This document shows, one piece after another, positions 24,062-36,839 of a stretch of 64,000 bases of DNA. This DNA comes from Macrostomum lignano (lineage: Eukaryota). The notes under the pieces are model-generated. The model was not told where the DNA came from. It saw only the letters and a list, made by a program, of their open reading frames with translations, and made no database searches. Numbering within the stretch: position 1 is the first letter of the stretch; every line of letters starts with the position of its first letter. Location of the stretch: contig NIVC01000729.1 in assembly GCA_002269645.1 (NCBI GenBank), positions 76,095-140,094 on the forward strand, written 5' to 3'. Made by a program: the position numbers and the translations under genes.

Positions 24062-24597
24062 GAAACCGTAATAAAAATCGTGGACTTCCTCGAGCCCTCT
24101 GAGGAGATTCGATTCCGCGAGCTGTCAGCTGTGCTCAGCAACCAGCTTGAGTCCGTCAAAGGCATGACAGCCACGGGCCTGAAGCACATGATTGAGCAGA
24201 GGACTTACACGGATATCAGCGTTGACCTAAAGCCGAGCCATCTGATTCTGTCCGAGACTGGCCGGTATCAGCCTAGCGAAGGCAGCACCAAGCGCCTGCT
24301 GGTGTTCGACCTGGGTGAGCTGAGCATCCGGACTGAGCCGCCGCCGGATGTGTCCCTGCTGGACGCCACCGTCAGCACCGAGTCGCGCGTGTTGGACTTT
24401 GAAAAGATGAAGCACATCGCCTACGACTGCTTGAGAGTCCGGCTGTCCTCCATGCAGCTGCTGTTTGCTGACCGAGGCGACGACTGGCGTCAGTTTAGGA
24501 AGCAGGCAGCCGGCTCGCCCAATCACCTGCTGAAGCCGCTGGCTCTGGAGTTCGATCTGTACAAGTGCATGGTTACTACGGATCCCCGGCTGCCTAA
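24062..24597 (+). CDS. VPS13: VPS13 exon 10
   Basis: TATGLKHMIEQRTYTDISVDLKPSHLIL...LLVFDLGELSI...IAYDCLRVRLSSMQLL...DPRLPK; AA|GTGAGC. Confidence 0.95.
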
Positions 24598-24649
24598 GTG
24601 AGCTGGCGTGGGGAGATGGGCTGCGATTGTCTTGATGCTGAGATTGGAG

Positions 24650-25250
24650 AGCGGGGGAGGGAAAGAGTGGGAGAGGTGGAGGGAAAGAGTGGGAGGGGTA
24701 GAGGAAAAAAATGGGAGGGGTAGAGGGAAAGAGTGGGAGGGGTAGAGGGAAAGAGTGGGAGGGGTAGAGGGAAAGAGTGGGAGGGGTAGATGGAAAGAGT
24801 GGGAGGGGTAGAGGGAAAGAGTGGGAGGGGTAGAGGGAAAGAGTGGGAGGGGTAGAGGGAATGAGTGGGAGGGGTAGAGGGAAAGAGTGGATGAAGTGGA
24901 GGTAGAGAGCGAGAGAAGTGGAGGCAGAGAGCGGAAGAAGTGGAGGTAGAGAGCGGATGGATAGGTGGAGGGAAAGAGCGGATGAAGTGGAGGTAGAGAG
25001 CGAAAGAAGTGGAGGTAGAGAGCGGATGGATAGGTGGAGGGAAAGAGCGGATGAAGTGGAGAGAGAGAGCGGATGAAGTGGAGGTAGAGAGCGGAAGAAG
25101 TGGAGGTACAGAGCGGAAGAAGTGGAGGTAGAGAGCGGAAGAAGTGGAGGTAGAGAGCGGAAGAAGTGGAGGTAGAGAGCGGAAGAAGTGGAGGTAGAGA
25201 GCGGAAGAAGTGGAGGTAGAGAGCGGAAGAAGTGGAGGTAGAGAGCGGAA
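24650..25250. repeat. Purine-rich minisatellites (GAGGGAAAGAGTGGGAGGGGTA; GAGAGCGGAAGAAGTGGAGGTA)
   Basis: Two adjacent tandem arrays. Confidence 0.93.
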
Positions 25251-26469
25251 AGAGACTGGGCAATCGGAAGGAACAAATAAAATGTGGAGTGACATGTAGC
25301 TGAGAACAAGTACAATTGGTCTCATTTTTCAAATAACAGTTTAAAGCACAAAATGTACTTTTCGACTTTTCCTTTATTGTTTTTCTCCTATGGATCACAA
25401 CGAAAAAAAAATCAGTCAAAAATAGCGTTTAAGATTTTTGTAGTTTTGCCAACGAGAATAAAATTATATTTCACAGCTGTTTCACTGTTAGAATTAAAGC
25501 GTTGGAAATCGACTGCAAGTTGAGCATAAATTAAAAAAAATGAATAATTGTTATAAAGCCTGTTTGTAAGGGGTTTTAGACGCTCGTGTCCTGTGCAGTA
25601 TTGAACAGTATTAACATGCGGGTGTGGGTCTGGAAACCCCTGGAGCCTTGGCAACACTGTGTCAGCCCTCCCCCATGTGCTTTATATTGTTTTCTCTCTG
25701 CAGCTCATAGTCTACTCAGAGGAAAGAGATTAAACTGTGGCAAGGAATATTAGCTAGAAAAATAAAGGTCTGGGGGCAGAGAGAGGGAGAGAGAGAGATC
25801 AGAAAGTTATGGTAAATTTCCACACTGACACGCTTTCCATATTGTTTGACTGTCTTAGTATCATTTTTTGTTTACTAGAATGTTCGTCTCTGGCCCTCAC
25901 TACCTCTTACCGTCTGTGTATCAGTTTAACCTCAGTCTAAACCTATCTTACTCGTATATGGCTAACTAGGCCATTGTTTTGAAGTGTGCTGGGTCAGGTG
26001 TATGGCCTGAAATTGCTGCACAAATATTTTTATGAATTTTCTAGCCTATTTTTAAACTACTTTAAGTAGAGTTAGTGCGTTTTTAATGCAAATCCTGTTC
26101 ATGTGTTTGAAATTATTATTGATAAATGTTTAATGCTAATGACCTCTTCAATTTCACTGATCTGGTTTATCTACCAGATAGCACTCTGGAATCTAATCTC
26201 ACTCTCTGATTGGAGCCTAATCTCACTCTCTGATTGGAGTATAATCTCTCTCTCTGATTGGAGTCTAATCTCACTCTCTGATTGGACTCAATCTCACTCT
26301 CAAATTGTAGTTTAATCTCAGTCTCTGAAAGATACTTAGTCTCACCATCTGGGCGATACCTAATCTCACTCTGAAAGGTATCTAATCTCACTCTGAAAGG
26401 TATCTAATCTCACTCTGAAAGGTATCTAATCTCACTCTTTGATATCTAATCTCTCATATCCGCTCACAG

Positions 26470-26773
26470 GGTGAAGATTGTCGGCCAGCTGCCCTCGCTG
26501 ATGCTGGAGTTGAGCGAGTCGCGAGCTCGCCAGCTCATCGAGCTGTTCAACGGCATCCAGTTTCCCAAGCCGACCTCAAAGCAGCTGCATTCGGACGTTG
26601 TTGACACAGCCGCTGCGGCAACCGCCACCACTTCCAGCTCGACGTCGGGTTCTTCGCCGTCCGACCGATCTTCTAAAGTGCGCGACGTACTTGATCCGAA
26701 ATATCGACCATCTGACACGTTGGGCATCTCGGTGGCGGCCGACTCTGATGACGATGATGACGACGATTTTGAG
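26470..26773 (+). CDS. VPS13: VPS13 exon 11
   Basis: VKIVGQLPSLMLELSESRARQLIELFNGIQFPKP...DDDDDDDFE|GTAATT. Confidence 0.93.
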
Positions 26774-27129
26774 GTAATTTTTTTATGGTGATAATTGTTG
26801 CTGTCCTCAATTTTAGTTCTTTTGACATGCTTTAGATGACGAGGCATTTGCCTATTTAAATGTAGTTATAGTTACTCCCGCCGTTTACCTACGTTTAGCT
26901 ACATCAACGTCACTATTTAGTAAAGGTAACAAATACGGACCGTAGCGCTTTAGGTAACCCACTCAAAGACCCGCTTTATTGAACAGTGGAATACCTACTA
27001 GAGTACCCAATATAATACTTGCTAAAATAACCAGATTTATACCCACTAAAATACGCGATAGAATATCCACTGAAATAATTAAAGACTATCCGCTAGAATA
27101 GGCAGTAGAAAATCATCTAAAATATATCC

Positions 27130-27520
27130 TATGCTATATCTAACATACTTAACTCTACATGTATACCCAACATACCAAATTCTGTACCCAGCATACCCAG
27201 TTGTATACCAAAAATAACCAATTGTGTACCAAACATACCCAAATGTATACCCAACATACCCAATTTTATACCTAACACCCAATTTTATACCCAACATACA
27301 CAATTGTATACCCAACATACCTAATTGTATACCCAACATACCCAATTGTATACCCAATATACCCAATTGTATACCTAACATACCCAATTGTATACCTAAC
27401 ATACCCAATTGTATACCCAACATACCCAATTGTATACCCAATATACCCAATTGTATACCTAACATACCCAATTGTATACCTAACATACCCAATTGTATAC
27501 CCAACATACCCAATACCCAA
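27130..27520. repeat. Minisatellite, 21 bp TATACCCAACATACCCAATTG abutting the exon 12 acceptor
   Basis: Tandem array ending two bases before the AG. Confidence 0.95.
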
Positions 27521-27522
27521 AG

Positions 27523-28161
27523 GACGCGGTGGAGACTCAGTCCATCGGCAGTGGATCCGGTGTGGCACCCCAGTCTGGCTCAGAGAGTCGCCGGCAGGTG
27601 CAAGCGCAAGGCACCAAGAAGAAGGTGTTCAACCTTGTTGATGTTGAGATGCAATTTGAAATCTGCTCAGCTTCGGTCTCGCTAACTAAAGCAGTCGGCG
27701 CCGCTCAGTTCCTCGAGTTTCGAGCGACTTACCTGTCGCTTCGGTTGATCAAGCGAACATTCGATTTGCGAGTTCGGTTCTGCCTGGACTCGGTGGCCTT
27801 GCTGCATCACGAGTTCCGGGATCTGCACTGCCCAGATAAACCGCTGGAAATTTTAGCTAGCGAGCTGTCCAACGACCCTAGGGGCTCTGTGGGGTCCAGG
27901 AGTTCGAGTCTGGGATCGAAAAGTTTTAGCTCGAAACAGTTCGAGGATCAGGGCAGTCACCTGGTGCAGCTCAAGTACACCAATGTGGAGAGGAATTCGC
28001 CGTTCTTGGCTAGCGAATTCGGCAACATGCTGCAAGCTATGGACGTTGAGCTGCAGACTGTGAAAGTGAAGATGCACAAGGAGAGTCTGCTGGCTATCTT
28101 ACAGTTTGCTCAGACTCTGCTGCCGCTCATTGAGAGCATGACTGAGAATAGCGCGAGACAG
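27523..28161 (+). CDS. VPS13: VPS13 exon 12
   Basis: IKRTFDLRVRFCL...LVQLKYTNVERNSP...MHKESLLAILQFAQTL; donor CAG|GTGAGA. The 3' end is ambiguous because of repeat-borne donors. Confidence 0.88.
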
Positions 28162-29310
28162 GTGAGAGGGGGTGGGAGACAGATGAGAGTGGGTGGGAGA
28201 CAGGTGAGAGGGAGAGAGATGGTGAGAGGGAAAGGGGAGGCAGGTGAGAGAGGCGGAAGACAGATGAGAGGGAGTGGAAGACAGGTGAGAGGGTGTGGGA
28301 GGCAGGTGAGAGGGGCAGGAGACAGGTGAGAGGGTGTGGGAGGCAGGTGAGAGGGGCAGGAGACAGGTGAGTGGGGGCGGGAGACAGGTGTGAGAGGGGG
28401 GCGGTAGACAGGTGTGAGAGGGGGGCGGTAGACAGGTGTGAGAGGCGGGCGGGAGACAGGTGTGAGAAGGGGGCAGGAGACAGGTGTGAGAGGGGGGCAG
28501 GAGACAGGTGTGAAAAGGATGCTGGAGACAGGTGTGAGAGGGGGGCAGGAGACAGGTGTGAGAGGGGGCAGGAGACAGGTGTGAGAGGGATGCTGGAGAC
28601 AGGTGTGAGAGGGATGCTGGAGACAGGTGTGAGAGGGATGCTGGAGACAGGTGTGAGAGGGGGGCAGGAGACAGGTGTGAGAGGGATGCTGGAGACAGGT
28701 GTGAGAGGGGGCAGGAGACAGGTGTGAGAGGGATGCTGGAGACAGGTGTGAGAGGAGGGCAGGAGACAGGTGTGAGAGGGATGCTGGAGACAGGTGTGAG
28801 AGGGGGGCAGGAGACAGGTGTGAGAGGGATGCTGGAGACAGGTGTGAGACGGGGGCGGGAGCAGGTGAGGGGGTGGGAGGCAGGTGAGATGGGGTGGGAG
28901 GCAGGTGAGAAGGGCAGGAGACAGGTGAGAGGGAGAGAGATAGGTGAGAGGGAAAGGGGAGGCAGGTGAGAGGGGCGGAAGACAGGTGAGAGGGAGTGGG
29001 AGACAGGTAAGAGGGGCAGAAGACAGGTGAGAGGGAGAGAGACAAGTGAGAGGGGGCGGAAGACGGGAGAGGAGGGCGGGAGACAGGTGAGAGGGGGCGG
29101 GAGACAAGAGAGGGAGCGGGAGGCAGGTAATATGGGGCGAGAGACAGGTGAGAGGGAGTTGGGACACAGGTGAGAGGGGGTTGGCACACAGGTGAGAGGG
29201 GGTTGGGACACAGGTGAGAGGGGTTGGCACACAGGTAAGAGGGGGTTGGGACACAGGTGAGATGGGGTGGGAGACAGGTGAGAGGGGGCGGGGGATAGGT
29301 GAAAGGGGAT
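28155..29310. repeat. GAGACAGGTG(T)GAGAGGG compound minisatellite (intron 12)
   Basis: Tandem array starting at the exon 12 donor. Confidence 0.95.
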
Positions 29311-29411
29311 CAGATTACAAAATGGTAGACAGTGCAAGGGTAGACAGTGAGAACCCATGAGGTAAATGTGAGAACACACAGCTGCACAATGGCGCTCCCC
29401 TCCCTCCCCAG

Positions 29412-29903
29412 GAACCCGTGTCGGTGGCCAGAGGCCAAGTATCTGGACGGCCGGTGGTTTTGCCATCGCAGAAGCGGCTCAACCAATCCAGCAGCGGCGT
29501 CACCAAGTCGGTGGCGGCGCCGGGGCCGGGCAGCGGCTCAGACCTGATTGATCTGCAGTGCAACGTGCGCTGCGCCGCTGTCCAGCTGTTTGTCTGCCAG
29601 ACTGACAAAGAAATCATGCGGGCCAATGTCAGAGGCCTGAGCGCCGGGGCGAAGATGACCCGACAGGCAACCAGTCTGGATGTGGTGCTGCAGAAATTTG
29701 AGGTCACCACATCGCTGTGCGGTAGCTTATACGACACAGTAATCTGGGTCAGTCAGAAGCAGGTGTTCGAGCTTAACCTGACCGTGTTCAGCCTGCCGAA
29801 GCCTGCGGCACTGATGGACAGCGAATGCGTGGATATGGCTGTTAAAGCTAAACTAGCCAAGATTAACTGCGTGTTTTTGCACAGCTTTGTAGTGCAAATG
29901 CTG
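29412..29903 (+). CDS. VPS13: VPS13 exon 13
   Basis: CCCCAG|EP...CVDMAVKAKLAKINCVFLHSFVVQML|GTAGGT. Confidence 0.92.
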
Positions 29904-29998
29904 GTAGGTTTTGTACTTTTTTCTACTGTTAACTGGACTGAAAACATAAGCCGGTTTTTAATCTACTGTTTTTTTCTTCCTTCCTAATTATCTTGTAG

Positions 29999-30079
29999 CA
30001 CTTCTTCGATTCGTTCCAAGCTGCTAAAGCTCAGATTGCTGAGGGCGCTCAAAAATTGACTCAGTCGGCTAAGGAGAAG
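29999..30079 (+). CDS. VPS13: VPS13 exon 14
   Basis: HFFDSFQAAKAQIAEGAQKLTQSAKEK; 95-nt upstream intron; phase 0 to 0. Confidence 0.9.
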
Positions 30080-30169
30080 GTGTGTATTGTTTTGTTTGAT
30101 TTTTTTTTAACTTTTGTATGGACATATATGTGGAATTGGGTCATGAACTCCTAACCTCTACTGAAATTT

Positions 30170-31125
30170 ACTCAACCTAACCTCTACCCCAATGGAACTG
30201 ACCAGTATAGCTTAACTTCTCTACCCCGATGTACACTGAACACCCAAGCTTAACTTCTCTACCCCAATGTACACTGACCAGTCTAGCTTAAACTCAACCC
30301 CAATGTAGACTGGTCAGTCTAGCTTAACTTCTCTAACCCAATGTACACTGATCAGCCTAAGTTTAACTTTCTACCCCAATGTACACTGACCAGTCTAGCT
30401 TTGTTCTCTACCCCAATATACACTGGCCAGTCAAGCTTAATTTTTCTACCCTAATTTACACTGGCCAGTCAAGCTTAATTTCTCTACCCCAATTTACACT
30501 GGCCAGTCAAGCTTAATTTCTCTACCCCAATGTACACTGGCCAGCCTAGCTTAACTTCTCTACCCCAATGTACACTGACCAGTCTAGCTTTGTTCTCTAC
30601 CCCAATATACACTGACCAGTCGAGCTTAACTTCTCTACCCCAATGTACACTGAACAGCCTAGCTTATCATCCCTACCCCAATGCACACTGGTCAGCCTAG
30701 CTTATCATCCCTACCCCAATGCACACTGGTCAGCCTAGCTTATCATCCCTACCCCAATGCACACTGGTCAGCCTAGCTTATCATCCCTACCCCAATGTAC
30801 ACTGGTCAGCCTAGCTTATCATCCCTACCCCAATGTACACTGGTCAGCCTAGCTTATCATCCCTACCCCAATGCACACTGGTCAGCCTAGCTTATCATCC
30901 CTACCCCAATGCACACTGGTCAGCCTAGCTTATCATCCCTACCCCAATGCACACTTGTCAGCCTAGCTTATCATCCCTACCCCAATGCACACTGGTCAGC
31001 CTAGCTTATCATCCCTACCCCAATGTACACTGGTCAGCCTAGCTTATCATCCCTACCCCAATGCACACTGGTCAGCCTAGCTTATCATCCCTACCCCAAT
31101 GTACACTGGTCAGCCTAGTTTAAAG
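30170..31125. repeat. Minisatellite, 38 bp CAGCCTAGCTTATCATCCCTACCCCAATGCACACTGGT
   Basis: Tandem array. Confidence 0.95.
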
Positions 31126-31564
31126 TCTCTACCTTAATGTATACTCTGAATTTACTTTTAATATTATACGATGGCCTAAAACAGGTGTTGGTTGTACTTC
31201 TACATTGTAAATTTATTTGTATCAATCCATAATTAATGAAATATTTTAAAACCCAAATCTCAGCTATTTGGCGCAGACAGCGGTCGCGCCAACCTGCCCA
31301 GCATTATGGGCGATTTCCACAATTTCGTTCTGTCCGTACCGGGTGCAGACAGCGCACCTGTGACAGTACGACCGACTATTATTCAATTTTTTTATTTTAC
31401 TATATAAAAATTAATCATCCAATGGTTTAATTTTTTTGTAATAAAGTGAAGGATTTTTTCTTTATTTGCTAGCTTTTTTATTTACTACTGATTTAAAAAA
31501 ATCAAAAGTAGTATGCTGTTTTTTCATTTTTGCACTGACTATGATCCTCTGACCTTACTAACAG

Positions 31565-31939
31565 GCTGTGGAGTCCAGCAACTTGAAGATGCAGCTGGAC
31601 GTGGAGATCCAGGCACCCGTGGTACTGATTCCCCAATCCTCGCAGTCGGAGAACGTGCTCTGGGCCGATCTGGGCTGCATCCGGGTGTACAACAGTTTTA
31701 AGAGAGCCGAATCAGTTGATCAGGCCATGATGAGCGGCAAGAAACCGCTACCGGTCAGCCGGGAGTCGGTGCGGTTCCTCGACCAGTGGAACGCCGGTTT
31801 AGTGGCGTCGTCCGCTGTTCCGTCTACGGCAACTGAGAAGCCAACTGATGACGGTGGAGTCGACATGGAGGACATGCAGATTGAACTGTTCGATGTGAAA
31901 GTTCTTAGGAGCACCGTGTCTAAGGGTGCTAATGGACAG
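31565..31939 (+). CDS. VPS13: VPS13 exon 15
   Basis: LKMQLDVEIQAPVVLIPQSSQSENVLWADLGCIRVYNSF is a VPS13 repeat motif; CAG|GTGAGG. Confidence 0.95.
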
Positions 31940-31984
31940 GTGAGGAGTGTGATGCTGAGAGGCCATTCTTAATTATTAGTACCT

Positions 31985-32530
31985 AATCGCCTGACTCTAA
32001 TCTCTTGACTCTAATCCCCTGAATCTAATCCCCTGACTCTAATCCCCTGAATCTAATCCCCTGACTCTAATCCCCTGACTTTAATCCCCTGACTCTAATC
32101 CCCTGACTCTAATCCCCTGACTCTGATCCCCTGAATGTAATCCCCTGACACTAATCCCCTGACTCTGATCCCCTGACTCTAATCCCCTGACTCTAATCCC
32201 CTGACTCTAATCCCCTGACTCTGATCCCCTGACACTAATCCCCTGACTCTAATCCCCTGACTCTAATCCCCTGAATCTAATCCCCTGAATCTAATCCCCT
32301 GACTCTGATCCCCTGACTCTGATCCCCCGACACTAATCCCCTGACTCTGATCCCCTGACTCTGATCCCCTGACACTAATCCCCTAAATCTGATCCCCTGA
32401 CTGTAATCCTCTGACTAATCCCCAGACTCCGATCCCCGACTCTAATCCCTGACTGTAATCCTCTGACTCTAATACCTAACTCTAATCCCCTGAATATAAT
32501 CCCCTGAATCTAATTCCCTGCCTGTAATCC
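31985..32530. repeat. Minisatellite, 14 bp GACTCTAATCCCCT
   Basis: Tandem array. Confidence 0.95.
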
Positions 32531-32739
32531 CTGATTGTCTACGATACTCGATGCTAATTGATTGCCTTTTGCATAGCTTCTCTCTCAAATCTTCTCCCAG
32601 ATCCCATCACCTAATCCTGTCAAATCCCATCATCTTATCCCCTCAGATCCCATCACCTGATCCTCTCAGATCCCATCACCTAATCCTCCTCTGCGTCAGT
32701 CGCACAATCTTATCCCACATCATTCGATCCCAACTCCAG

Positions 32740-33377
32740 CTCACTGGCACCAACGAAGTCCAAGTGATGGAGCCGTTCGAGCTGAAGGCCCAGCTGCGCC
32801 GGCACTACAGCCGGCAGCCAGTCGACCTGCCCAGCCTCTCCATTGATGGCGCCATTCGTCGTATCGACCTTCGCCTGGCCAAAGCCGACTACCACGCCGT
32901 TGTTGGCATCTTTGTTCGCAATCTAGACGAAGGTCAGCGAGTGCAAAGTCAGCTGATGGCTGCCGACGCCGCCGCAGCCACTGTGGCGCCGCAAGGCATC
33001 GGCGCAGTTGCCGTCGAGAGGCAGAAGGCCACCTCAAAAAAGCTGCCATCGTCGCAGCTGCCCTACAAACCGGTGACCACCGCGGCCACCGTGGCGGCTG
33101 ACGCGTCGGCTACAAGCAGCAGCTCCGACAATTCAAAATCGGCGTCTGCGCCCACCTGTGCTGTACAATTCCAGTTCCGCATTGAGGCGATCTCCCTGGA
33201 GTTGTACAACGACGAGAAAGACGACGCGCTGGGCAAAGTTGCTCTGGGCAAGGCGCAGATCCAGCAGCTGCTGCTTGGCGGCCACATGATGTCCGATGGC
33301 ATCACCCGCCTGCTCATGCAGATTAGCGATCTCAAGCTGACTGACAAGCGACCGGGAGCTCAGCAGAAGATTAACAG
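32740..33377 (+). CDS. VPS13: VPS13 exon 16
   Basis: VMEPFELKAQLRR...IDLRLAKADYHAVVGIFVRNLDEG...FQFRIEAISLELY; AG|GTATGG, phase 2. Confidence 0.92.
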
Positions 33378-33434
33378 GTATGGGTTTTTGTCGGCTGGCC
33401 AGGGTTAGTGGTTGTGAGGCAATTTTTGTTTAGT

Positions 33435-34100
33435 GCTTACCATCCGCTGTCTACCATCCGCTGTCTACCATCCGCTGTCTACTATCCACTGTCTACCATC
33501 CGCTGTCTACTATCAACTGTCTACCATCCGCTGTCTACCATCCGCTGTCTACCATCCGCTGTCTACTATCCACTGTCTACCATCCGCTCTGTACCGTCCG
33601 CTGTCTACTATCCACTGTCTACCATCCGCTGTCTACCTCTAGCTATCTACCATCCGCTCCTAATCTCTGGCTATCTACCATCCGCTGTCTACCTCTAGCT
33701 ATCTACCATCCGCTCCTAATCTCTGGCTATCTACCATCCGCTATCTACCATCCGTTATCTACCTCTGGCTATCTACCATCCGCTATCTACCATCCGCTGT
33801 CTACCGTCCGCTGTCTACCATCCACTGTCTACTATCCGCTATCTACCATCCGCTGTCTACCGTCCGCTGTCTACCATCCACTGTCTACTATCCGCTGTCT
33901 ACCATCCGCTGTCTACCATCCACTGTCTACCTCTGGCTATCTACCATCCCCTTTCTATCTCTGGCTATCTACCATCCGCTATCTACATGCGTTATCTACC
34001 TCTGGCTATCTACCATCCGGCATCTACCATCCGCTATCTACCATCCGCTGTCTACCATCCGCTATCTACCTCTGGCTATCTACCATCCGCTCTCTACTAA
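33435..34100. repeat. Minisatellite, 14 bp CTACCATCCGCTGT
   Basis: Tandem array. Confidence 0.95.
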
Positions 34101-35899
34101 CAGCTCTCTACCTTTGGCTCTATACAGTGCACCAGCCGCTATCTACCTTATGGCTATCTGCCATTCACCCTCTACTATCGCCTTCAGCAATGCTTTCCTC
34201 TGTATCGTAGCAGCCAGTTTTATAATTGCTAACTTGCGCAATATTGTTTTCAAATTGGGTTTATCACAGGTATTTGATGTTTATTTGATTGTACTCTGTG
34301 CTTTGTTCTCTAGCAGTTCGCGTGGAACCGTTATGAAATTTTCAATATCGCAGGCACTCGCTTATATATTATAACCACCATATGCCTAATTACTTAGTTA
34401 ATATAATTGCAAGTAGTTATTGAAATAACTCACCAATGTGCAGGCGTTAGGCATTAGTAGTGCTCTGTGTACTTATACTTGAACTACAGAAATGGAATGG
34501 AATCTATCTAATTATCTATCTAATTGTACTGTTGAATCTTCCTCTAAAAAGTGTGAAACTCATTAGCGCGCCTTATTGATTTATTTTGTTTTACTTTTCA
34601 CTCACCATTCTAGCGGAGTTATAATGCGGTAGGTTTGCACTGCAGGTTTCTTAAATTCATAAACAATTCATACCAGTGTTAGTTGATAGGCCATGCATTT
34701 CGGAGATTGATCATATTTTAGTTCTTTATTAATTAACAATTAAGTCCTAATACTCGTTGCTTTTCTGTTTAATAGTTTCGTTATAATCACCTTAGCCCGT
34801 TTCTATCATAACCAAGTTTGCTTTGAATTTCTTTACACGTGCACATTGTTAATAGATTTGTATTAATACTTTCTGTTGTTTTCTTGTTGGTGAAAACATA
34901 TTACATATACTGTCTGCTAGCATGTGTGTGTATATACTACTAGCTAGTGTAATAGTAGTAGCTTAGTGGTTTCTTATGTCTGAATCCTAGTGCTTTTTCA
35001 ATAGTTTAGCTCAGTATGATAAGATAAAATGCAACACAAGGACCCACCATAGGGCCTACACAAAGACCTATCATGTGTCCCACACAAAGCGTCATTAATT
35101 AGAACCCACATAATGACCCATCATAGGACCCACATAAAGACCCACTATGGGACCCACACAAAGACCCATCATGGAACCCAGACAGAGACCCACATGCGAC
35201 CCAAAAAAACCCACCAAGCACCCACACAAAGACCCACCATAGGACCCACACAAAGACCCATCATGGAACCCAGACAGAGACCCACATGCGACCCACAAAA
35301 ACCCACCAAGCACCCACACAAAGACCCACCATAGGATCCACACAAAGACCCACCATAGGGCCCACACAAAGACCCATCATGGAACCCATTCAAAGACCTA
35401 TCAAATGATCCACTCAAAGACCCACTGAATGACTTACACTTACATAAAATCGATTTTTTTAAATAATGCAACTACTAATATTCTCATTTAGTAGTAGTAG
35501 AAAGAGACAACTGAAAGCCATTTCTAGACAGAATGAATTAAATAAGTGTTGTGCTATTTATTACTCGGTTGTTTTTTGTATCGGTTTTGTAATATAATAA
35601 TCCAAATATAGTTATAACAAAGTTTCAAGGTTTTAATTTTTTAGTGCCGATGGGTAAGTGAAACAAAAAATTCTATAATTGAGCTTTCTCTGTTCCATGA
35701 CGGGGGTTTTTTGAAATTTGTGTAATGGGTATTAAAGCCATCGCAAAATCAACAATGCGTTGACGTGGTTTTTCTCTGTTTTGAAAACTTAATGTGCATC
35801 TCATCGGTTCAATCCCTTTCTATTGTGTAATTTTTGCATGTTGGTGCTTAATTGGTACAAGTTATGACTTACGAGAAGTGGCTGTGAGGTGGGTATCAG

Positions 35900-36430
35900 T
35901 ATGCGGTCAGCTGAATTATCATATAGGGTAGCAGTGACCCATTAAATGATCATGGAGGGTAGCAGTGACCCATTGGATGATCATAGAGGGTAGAAGTGAC
36001 CCACTGGATGATCATATAGGGTAGCAGTGACCCATTGGATGATCATATAGGGTAGCAGTGACACATTGAATGACACATTGAATTGAATGATCATGGATGA
36101 TGTCAGTGACCGTTTGGGTGATCATAGAGGGTAGCAGTGACTCATTTTAGGATCATTTAGGGTAGCAGTGACCCATTGGGTGATCATAGAGGGTAGCAGT
36201 CACCCATTAAATGATCATAGAAGGTAGCAATGACCCATTGGATGATCATAGAGGGTAGCAGTGACACATTGAATGACACATTGAATTAAATGATCATAGA
36301 GGATAGCAGTGACCCATTAAATGATCATAGAGGGTAGCGGTGACCCATTGGATGATCATAGAGGGTAGCGGTGACCCATTGGGTGATCATAGAGGATAGC
36401 AGTCACCCATTAAATGATCATAGAGTGTAG
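35900..36430. repeat. Minisatellite, ~31 bp GATCATAGAGGGTAGCAGTGACCCATTGGAT
   Basis: Tandem array; a separate CACACAAAGACCCAC array lies at 35030-35420. Confidence 0.9.
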
Positions 36431-36569
36431 CAACCAAGCTCACTAAAGACGCAGTGGCCTATCAGATAATCGCAATTCTAAATATGTTTTCTACGTTAAA
36501 ATTCATCGACAACTCTTGCAAACTGATTACTAAATAAAAAAGTGACCGAAAATGTCTCCATTTTGCCAG

Positions 36570-36790
36570 AATCATGCACAAACGAAACGACACGGCTGCT
36601 CAAGAGGCTGCATCCGGTACATCCGGTCCGCCTTTGATGCTGCTGACCCTCACCTCCGAGTCCGCCGGTAACCAGGTGTGCGATATCAGCCTAGCCAGCG
36701 TGTACCTGTGCGTGGACATGGGCTACCTGAAAGAGTTGGCCGAGTTTTTCATGCCCTCCGATTTGGTGCAGACTGCCAGCTCAGCGGCGG
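36570..36790 (+). CDS. VPS13: VPS13 exon 17
   Basis: ISLASVYLCVDMGYLKELAEFF; G|GTGAGT; phase 2 to 1. Confidence 0.9.
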
Positions 36791-36839
36791 GTGAGTTGGG
36801 CCTCAAGGTTTTGTGCTAAGGCGTGCTTTTGGGGTTCTT

